Part shown: piece after piece, positions 56,141-64,000 of the stretch
Position numbering within the stretch: the first letter of the stretch is position 1
Layout of the letters: every line of letters begins with the position of its first letter
Assembly: GCA_951406725.2 (NCBI GenBank)
Contig: OX597815.1
Coordinates: 163,804,001 to 163,868,000, forward strand
Source of the DNA: Octopus vulgaris
Taxonomy: Eukaryota
Reading direction: 5' to 3'
Length of the DNA: 64,000 nucleotides
Translations under genes and position numbers: made by a program
The notes under the pieces: generated by a model
Seen by the model: the letters and a program-made list of their open reading frames with translations, nothing else
Database searches by the model: none
What the model was told of the DNA's origin: nothing

Positions 56141-56909
56141 TAGTATTAGGACCGGTGGAGCGATCCCAGAAGATACAAATGCAATAGCTTAAAGGAAGCC
56201 GTGTTTTAGTATCGTCTTGAATAAAGTGTGTCTGAGTCCAAGACGGAACGGTCGCAGATGGAATGGTTTGGATCGGTAGAGCTACTTAAACGAGGCCTGC
56301 ACCCGAAGTTAAAACGCACGCGGTTATTGGTAGCATTGAGATATTTGGAATAACTCTGCCACCCTGGAAGATAAATGTATAATAGCTGGCAGAGAAACTG
56401 CGTTGTAATTCAGAGTGTTCATTGCATCTTTATGAAATACTCGGTTGATCACCGCAAGATACTTACAGGCAGCACCTGTATTTTCTGGTGACAGCTATAT
56501 TATAAATTTGATACAGGAGAAAGATGTAGGAAAATTCCTCAAACGGAAACATCTGCACCGACCGCACATACATCACACATACACACATCGTATCTTGTTT
56601 TCTGGCATATCAGTTTCCTGATTTCTCTCTCCATAGAATATCGCGTACACGCTTACAAGCGTGCTGGTGTGTATGTATGTATGTATTTGGAGGGGGGGGC
56701 GTGTATGCACACATGTGTGCGTGCGTTCGTGTATGCATGGATCGGTCTCCGTGTACGTGTTTAATCATTTACCTATCCATCTAGTTATCTAGTTATCAAT
56801 CTATTTACATATATGCATGCGTACATGCATACAAATATATATAGGTATATACATATATGTATATATATTACATATATATACATATATATATTAATATATG
56901 TATTTTTGC

Positions 56910-56956
<47 letters not shown>

Positions 56957-57142
56957 GTTGGAATTTACAACAAAAAACAAAAGGCGAAGACAGGTGTATA
57001 AACAAAAATCATATGTACATATATATATGCGTATATGTACATATATGTATACGTATATATATATATATATATACAAATATTTATTTATGTATTTATATAT
57101 ATACATATACATAGTGTGTGTATGTATGTATATTTATATATG

Positions 57143-57176
<34 letters not shown>

Positions 57177-57254
57177 TATGCATATATACATATGTATACG
57201 TATATACATATGCATATGTAAGTGCAGGACGTCACAAAACGTAAACAACAACAA

Positions 57255-57711
57255 AAAATATATGTATATGAGTGTTGGTGTGAGGTGGTTTTGGTGAAGC
57301 GTTGTGAGGTATACTTTTAAAGAATATAGTTGTATAAAGCCGCAACAATGCGAGAAGATGCCAAATAACCTACAGAAGGAAAACAAAGCAGAACAAATTT
57401 GCAGTTTTACCTTGTATTTCTATATTTCGGGGTGAAGATTCCTTCTTCAGGATATTCGGATAAGACACAGTTAGAAAAGGTTATTGCTCAGATCTGTGAG
57501 GGTGCGGCAGAGGAAGGTGGCATGTGCGAACTGTTGTTGCTATAGAAAGTGTCGTGTAGTTCCTTTCTGTTGTGAATGGCTGGTTTCAATTTGTTTATAA
57601 GGAGAGTTGCCATAATTCTCAGATTGCCCCTGTTGCATTGGGTTTTCTTGGTGGAAACTTTGAAATTGCGGGTTTGGCACATCCTAAGGTGTTCATTTAT
57701 CGAGAAACACC
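57255..57711 (-). mobile_element. 5'-truncated Penelope-like element (GIY-YIG C-terminus, pLTR and hammerhead)
   Basis: Translation FSINEHLRMC..FKV....LRIMATLLINKLKPAIHNRKE matches the PLE endonuclease end (H..C..F.I...R..E.LLI..LKP.LN). Downstream lie CTGAAGA-A-GGaaT-cttc-AccCC-GAAA-TA-TA (57450-57421) and a donor-like AAG|GTAAAA. Confidence 0.75.
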
Positions 57712-57774
57712 TTATATACGGTGGTGCGCCAGCGTGATCGCAGCTGCATAACTGAAACAAGATATATGTATATA

Positions 57775-57990
57775 TGGAGGCGGGGGTGACCGCGTGTGTA
57801 TCGTTGGCGATTTTCTTTCTCCGTCTTCCTTTCCTTAGACTTTTTCTTTCTTTCTATATTTCTGACGAAGAGCTTCGCTCGAAACGTAAATCCTCCTTCT
57901 TTCTATCCTATCCTGAGCGTCTAATAACACTATACTTGTTCCACTTCCTCGCGTTATTGTGTTTTCTCTTTATTCATGATTGGATTAACT
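57775..57990 (+). mobile_element. Short pLTR-like element with a hammerhead core, in (TA)n
   Basis: CTGACGA-A-GAGC-ttc-GCTC-GAAA-CG-TA at 57862-57888. Same family as 2059-2250. Confidence 0.7.
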
Positions 57991-57995
57991 ATATA

Positions 57996-58056
<61 letters not shown>

Positions 58057-58062
58057 TACAGA

Positions 58063-58266
58063 GATGAGGGATGCTGAGAAGTTCCTGGCATAAAGGTTAA
58101 CGTGAAAGGCCTGGTAGAAGGCCCAACCTTCCGAGTTCTTTTACTGGGCTTTGAAAAGCTGAAGGGCTACTTCAATAAGTGTGTAAATCTGAGAGGGGAA
58201 TATGATGAATAAAAATCATAATTAATTGATCTTCCAAATCCAGAAACTTTTCAGCAGCCCCTCGTA
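58063..58266 (+). mobile_element. Mariner-derived MITE
   Basis: TIRs GAGGGATGCTGAGAAGTTCCTGG / CCAGAAACTTTTCAGCAGCCCCTCGTA. Homologous to 37289-37500. Confidence 0.85.
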
Positions 58267-60187
58267 TATACATACATTCATACGCACGCACATAGCTAAA
58301 TAGATACAAGCACAAATTTATATGCAAGCATATTTCCTTGTATAATGAGCTCTTCAACCGTGTGCAACATTCAGCTAACTAATATACATATATTTATAAT
58401 GAAAACGCACAAACGTGTGGACATAGACTCACACGAGTAACCAAACACAAATGCATGCAAGCATGCGTGTATGAACGCAAATTTGGATTTATATTACAAA
58501 TAAGAGAGCAAAGGAAAAACTCATGATTTGTTAAATTGACGTCAGCAAGCTTCTAAGAAAGTGAAGTAGTATCATGGATGGCAGGAATGCATGTATATGG
58601 CACTATTACATCCAGTGCTTTTATTTGAAACCACGATTCATGATGTATCTGTCAGTAAAACTGTTGATAGGATAGCTTTAAGGAAAAATGTCTTGACAGA
58701 CTTAGTCGTTATCTCATAGGTTCGATGTTCGTTTGCAACTAGTTTGCTCTTCGAACCTACAGCGCAACATTTGTATAGCGTATTTATTTCTATTGCACTC
58801 TACGTTGAGTGGAATTTTATAGACGAAAACTATTCTGAGTTTCCATCAAATAGGAACGCAAAGTCCGATACTCTTGTAAGCTAAACTGAAGTCCAGAAGA
58901 AAGCATTAGCAAATAATGATTGTAATGAACTCCAAAATTTTGTGTTAGAAAAGACTACCAGAAACCATATATTAGTTGGTTGTCTTTTTAGTACTTAACT
59001 GTGTTAGGAAGATCATTTTTCAAAATTATATATTATAGTGTTATGCTTCAATGTATAGTCTTATGACAAGCTGCCAAGCGTTGTTTAATCACATGTCATT
59101 TGATAGAGCAGATTTATGATAGAAGACACACTTACTTTGACTGTCGTGTCTTGTTTTCAAACTTAGTATATCTAAGGCTATGTAAGTCAATGTATGCACT
59201 TTTTTTCTTAAAGCTGGAAGGCAATAATTTTTGAGGGAAATTTATCTGTTATTAATACAAGATCAAACGATTTTGTGAAAGTTCCCTCGTTACCATCAAG
59301 AATGTACAATTTGTCATCGATGAAACACGCTGAAGATGATGTATATACGTAGCATTAAATAAAGACTATCTCTCACACAAATTCACACGTATACATATAT
59401 ATATATATATATGTGTGTATATATGTACACATACATATAGAGTCATAAACTTTTACCGTTTACATGTGTTTTGAAATCTAAAGGTTGTATATTTAGACGG
59501 AAGTTTCGAAGATCTATTAGCCTGCCGGTTAGAATATTTTGAGGTATTCGTTCTAAGCCTCTGCGCTTTGAGTTCAAATCTTTCAAAGGGCAACTTTACT
59601 CTTCATCCTGTTGGAATAAACAATAAAGAACAAGTACCGAAGCCGATTTTTATTCTCACTCTTTTCTCGCTTTTCTTCATTCCCTTTTCGTCTGAAAGAA
59701 ATTGGCTGTTTTCATGCCTGAAGAGTAACGGATTCCTTATTTAAAATACTCTTCTAGGACACAAACAAAAGTTAAAGATCCACCATCAACACTCGGCAGC
59801 AAATTATCAAAACTCGTTAGGATTCTACCTTCCTGCGCTCTGAGTTCAAACGCTGACGAAGTTATGCTGTCGGATTGAAAAATATAAGCCTACAAGTTCT
59901 CTCTATTTCTCTGGTTTAATCGGATGCGTTGCGTTGTAGTTAGGGTTCTGGGGTATATTTTATGGTCTCCATCTCCGACGAAATGAGAGGGACGGGTTAA
60001 ATGAGGTGCTAAGGTGCTAGCAGCGTTTTTTGTTTGTTTTATATATATATATATATTTTCAACTACCGACTGGTATGTTACAGGAATCGTTAATAGACAG
60101 CTCGATGTGAAGTACATCGAAGAATGGAAATAAAAATAGAAAATAATGTTAGATATACATTATTGAAGATTATATATATATATATAT

Positions 60188-60632
60188 ATAGAAGTAAATA
60201 AATGGCACAACGAAGTACCGATATTTACTGGAAAATAGCGAACGTAATAAATACGACGCTAATGTATAGCTTCACCGCGTATGTACTAGCAAAAATGCGT
60301 GTGTGCAACAAACTTGAAGAAAAAAATTGTCTTACCTCCAGGGAGAACATCTGAAAGATGAAATACCTAGATAGGGATAACGTGGGACCGGTTTCAGATT
60401 TTTCAAGATATGTCTGTACACATATACTTGATTTATCTTCATCAGCCAAATATATACCCGACAACATTTCAGATGTTGCCACATCAATGCTAATACACTC
60501 GACTGAAACGCCAAAACGCTATTTTCCAGTAAATATCGGTACTTCGTTGTGCCATTTATTTACTTCTATGTATATTTTTCCCTCACGGGCTATTCTTTAC
60601 TGGAAAGCAATACTCTAGTATTGCATTACTAT
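60188..60632 (-). mobile_element. Hammerhead-bearing fold-back element in (TA)n (Penelope pLTR or retrozyme-like)
   Basis: Perfect 53-bp IR at 60188-60240/60517-60569, an 11-bp IR at 60346-56/60467-77, an intact hammerhead core between them, and TA tracts on both sides. Confidence 0.75.
60383..60448 (-). ncRNA. Type I hammerhead ribozyme with intact core and palindromic minimal stem III
   Basis: TGG-CTGATGA-AGAT-aaa-TCAAG-t-ATATGT-gtacag-ACATAT-CTTGA-aaa-ATCT-GAAA-CCGG-TC-CCA. Confidence 0.88.
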
Positions 60633-61059
60633 TTATATATATATATATATATATATAATGACTTGTGCAGTACCATTAAAGTTCGGTCCGTCAACTTCAC
60701 TCTCGCCCGTGATTGTCAACAATCCAGTGATAAGACCAAGTCAAGACAATTGGGGATGCAGTGAATGAGCTTGATGGCTTAGTTGCCTCATTTTCCTCTC
60801 TGCATTCCACAATGCGTTCTTGCAGTCACCTTTCTTTCCGTTGAATCATGGAGGTCTGTTCCGCAGAGTCTGTCCCATCTAGCCTTCGCATGCATAGGGA
60901 GGTAAGCCCTAATACAGAATGCCAGGAAGAATAAAGGCTAAGAGGTGATTCCACATGATACACACACACACACAAACACATCACACAGAAGCACACACTC
61001 ATACACACACAAACACACACACAAACACTCACACACACACACACAAACACTCACAAACA

Positions 61060-61115
<56 letters not shown>

Positions 61116-61739
61116 TCACACAGAAGCACACACTCATACACACACAAACACCACACACAAGCACACACCTTAAACACACACACACCACACACACTAATAC
61201 ACAAAATACCACACATAAGCACGCCCAAGCACATGCAAGCACGTGCACACATACACACAGATGGAAAGTGTGTAGGTGAGCAGTTAAGACGTTGGGTTCA
61301 TGATTGCCAAATGTCGTCCGATTAATTCCTTAACTAGACAGCAAATTGTGTACCTGTGCAAGGTACCTCATTTAACGTTATACCAGTTTATTCAGCTGTA
61401 AACGGACGCCACTTTGTTTCTGGGGCAGCCATCTTTACCTCTAGCTGTTACATCTGAGACTTTATGTCAGTACTATATCCACTTAAGACGGCGAACTGAT
61501 AAAATCGTTAGCACACCGGGGAAAATAATTAGTGACATTTCAATTGTCTTTACGTTCTGAGTTCGAATTCCGCCGAGGTCGACTTTGCCTTTCGAGGTTG
61601 ATAAAATAATTACCAGTTGAGCACTGGGGTTGTTGTAATCGACTTGCCTATTTCTCTGAAATTGCTGGCCTTGTGCCAAAATTTGAAATTTTATCCAATA
61701 CTGTATCCATTCGATCAACTATACTTATTTTCCTCGAGT

Positions 61740-62195
61740 TTTTATGAAGGTCAAAAGGATTAGGGAAAGACACTTTCCGCTTCAGTCAAGCTCAGATCGA
61801 CATTTGGAGGCTCCACTTGGAAAAGAAAGTAAGGGTTAAGTGGAAAGTGCGCTTTACCATTGAATATTGTGAGTGACCTTGGTAAAAATGGCTCGGGTTA
61901 GCGGACCTGCTCTATGCAAGCGCCTGTAGTTTGAGGAGCAACAGTAGGGTAAGGGCTCACGAACTACGATAATCAGGGTGAACCTGGATCCGTAGGGTCC
62001 CCTGTTGGATATTTCCCTATATCACAAGCATCTGTCATGTGTCCACATACTTTGTATACTGTGTATGCGTTTATCTCATTTCATCTTCTGTTCCCATTCT
62101 TTCTTCTCATCTTTTAGCCAAATCCCTACACAAATTGTAGGCCGTCCGTGAGATGACCACCTCATTTATGCCCCTTTAGCAAATAAGAGAATTAA
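61740..62195 (+). mobile_element. LINE ORF2 C-terminus remnant plus 3'UTR (probably L1/Tx1-type)
   Basis: Decayed frame KGLGKDTF...RLHLEKKVRV...(fs)VKMARVSGPALCKRL*. The 3'UTR is homologous to 11870-12200 and ends CCCCTTTAGCAAATAAGAGAATT. Clade assignment is by inference. Confidence 0.55.
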
Positions 62196-62618
62196 TCATT
62201 ATCAGCAGCAGCAGCATTCCAGACAAAATGCTTAGCAGCATTTCGTCCGTCTTTACGTCGTTAGCTCAAATTACACCGTGATCGACGTTGCCTTTCCTAC
62301 TTTGGCGCCTGATAAAATACGGAGCTGTCATGTAATGGGGCCGATGTAATTAACCCTCACTCCCAATGCTTCAGGCCTTGTGCCTACAGTAGGGAAGATT
62401 ATTATTATTACCTACTGGAGGTTAGTAGGGGTTCACTCCCCCTGCTAGCGTTATATTGTATATAAAGGATGCAGAACGTTGCATCGAAAACCAGCTGGCG
62501 GACAGTCTGTCTGGGGTTAAACTAGTAGTATCATTCACTTGCTACTTTGATGTGACAAATCGCTCTACTATTATTATTATCATTATTTTTATTATCATTT
62601 ATTATTTTTATCTATGTA

Positions 62619-63005
62619 AGGCAGTGAGTTGGCAGAATCGTTAGCACGCCGGGCGAAATGCTTAGCGGTATTTCGTCTGCTGTCACGTTCTGAGTTCAAA
62701 TTCTGCCGAGGTCGACTTTGCCTTTCCTTCTTTCGGGGTCGATAAATTAAGTACCAGTTACGCACTGGGGTCGATGTAATCGACTTAATCCGTTTGTCTG
62801 TCCTTGTTTGTCCCTTCTGTGTTTAGCCCCTTGTAGGTAGTAAAGAAATAGGTATTTCGCTTGTTCTGGGTTCAAGTTCCGCCGATGTCGACTTAGCCTT
62901 TCATCCTTTCGGGGTCGATAAATTAAATACCAGTTGCGTACTGGGATCAATCTAATTGACTTGCCTCCTCCCCCAAATTTTCCGGCATTGTGCCTATAAT
63001 AGAAA
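62619..63005 (+). mobile_element. SINE A nested pair (junction at 62851)
   Basis: A LINE-tailed copy is followed by GGTATTTCG and a body with the alternative tail. Confidence 0.88.
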
Positions 63006-63453
63006 ATATAATATGTTTGTCGTTTTAGAAGAGATAAAAAAAAAACCTGTACTGACGAGTGCCACGGTTAGCATATATATATATATGTGTGTGTGTGAAT
63101 GTATTGGGAAACAAAGCAAGCTTCTTAACTACACAGCCACACCTTTTCTTACACACACATACACACACATAAACGCCCGCACAAACACAATCACACCGAC
63201 ACATTCGTGTGTGCACATATCACTCAGGCACATTCGCGTGCGAACATACGAACTATTGATTTTAACTTTGGCACAAGGCCAAGTATTGGCGAACAAGAAT
63301 TATAGTCGCAGGAATCGACCACAGTGCGTGATTGACACTTATTTTATCGATAGTAAATAAGCTGGAAAATAATTCCTGTAATCCAAGAAATCTCTTAAGG
63401 ACGACTGCAACTTTATCCTGGGCCTGGATTGGAATGCCGTCGATTGCAGTTAA

Positions 63454-63544
<91 letters not shown>

Positions 63545-63564
63545 TGTGCTATTTTTTTTAATTC

Positions 63565-63850
63565 TTTTACATTTTTCAGTCATTTTACTGTTGTCAAGCT
63601 GGACCACCGCCTTGAATGGTTTCATTCGAACAAATCGACTCCAGGAACTATTCTTTGTTAGCTTAGTAAGTATTCCATCGGAATCTTTTGCCGAACTGCT
63701 AAGTTACGTCTACCAAATCCCCTCTCAAGAGTTTGATCGGCTCGAGGCTATAGTAGAAGACACTTGACCAAGGTGCCATACAGTGAGACTGAACCTGGAT
63801 CTGTGCTGTTGGGGAGCAAGCTTCTTAGCATGCAACCACGCCTACGCCTA
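63565..63850 (-). mobile_element. SINE B copy with an internal deletion
   Basis: Head and tail motifs are present. Confidence 0.8.
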
Positions 63851-63886
63851 GCTTCTTATTGTATACCGTGTATACTCTTTACAATT

Positions 63887-63937
<51 letters not shown>

Positions 63938-64000
63938 AAATCCTTCTATGCAAACACCCACACTTAGTATATATAATCGAATTTTCGCCTTCCTCAAATT

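Overview
Eukaryotic (animal), AT-rich, repeat-saturated non-coding DNA, very probably from an octopus or other coleoid cephalopod. This is inferred from the tRNA-derived SINE families and the extreme (TA)n/(TG)n/(TATG)n load; no marker gene confirms it. No intact protein-coding gene is supportable. Almost all supplied ORFs are microsatellite or SINE translations. Recognisable coding remnants are all from transposons: a fold-back mariner (1180-1999), a decayed L1/Tx1-type reverse transcriptase (~17130-18650), LINE 3' ends, and a Penelope-like GIY-YIG C-terminus (~57530-57710). The window also holds four SINE families, mariner/Tigger/hAT MITEs, a Helitron, a Helentron-type element, a solo LTR and minisatellites. 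Two things stand out. (1) At least eight hammerhead-ribozyme motifs of the Penelope-associated type, mostly on short elements sitting inside (TA)n tracts. One has an intact core (60383-60448, minus strand) at the apex of a fold-back closed by a perfect 53-bp inverted repeat, which is retrozyme-like. (2) A SINE that shares its 3' tail with a LINE and recurs at the same positions inside its own family (9 junctions) and inside a second SINE family (3 junctions, one of them made by the LINE end). All alignments and folds were done by eye.
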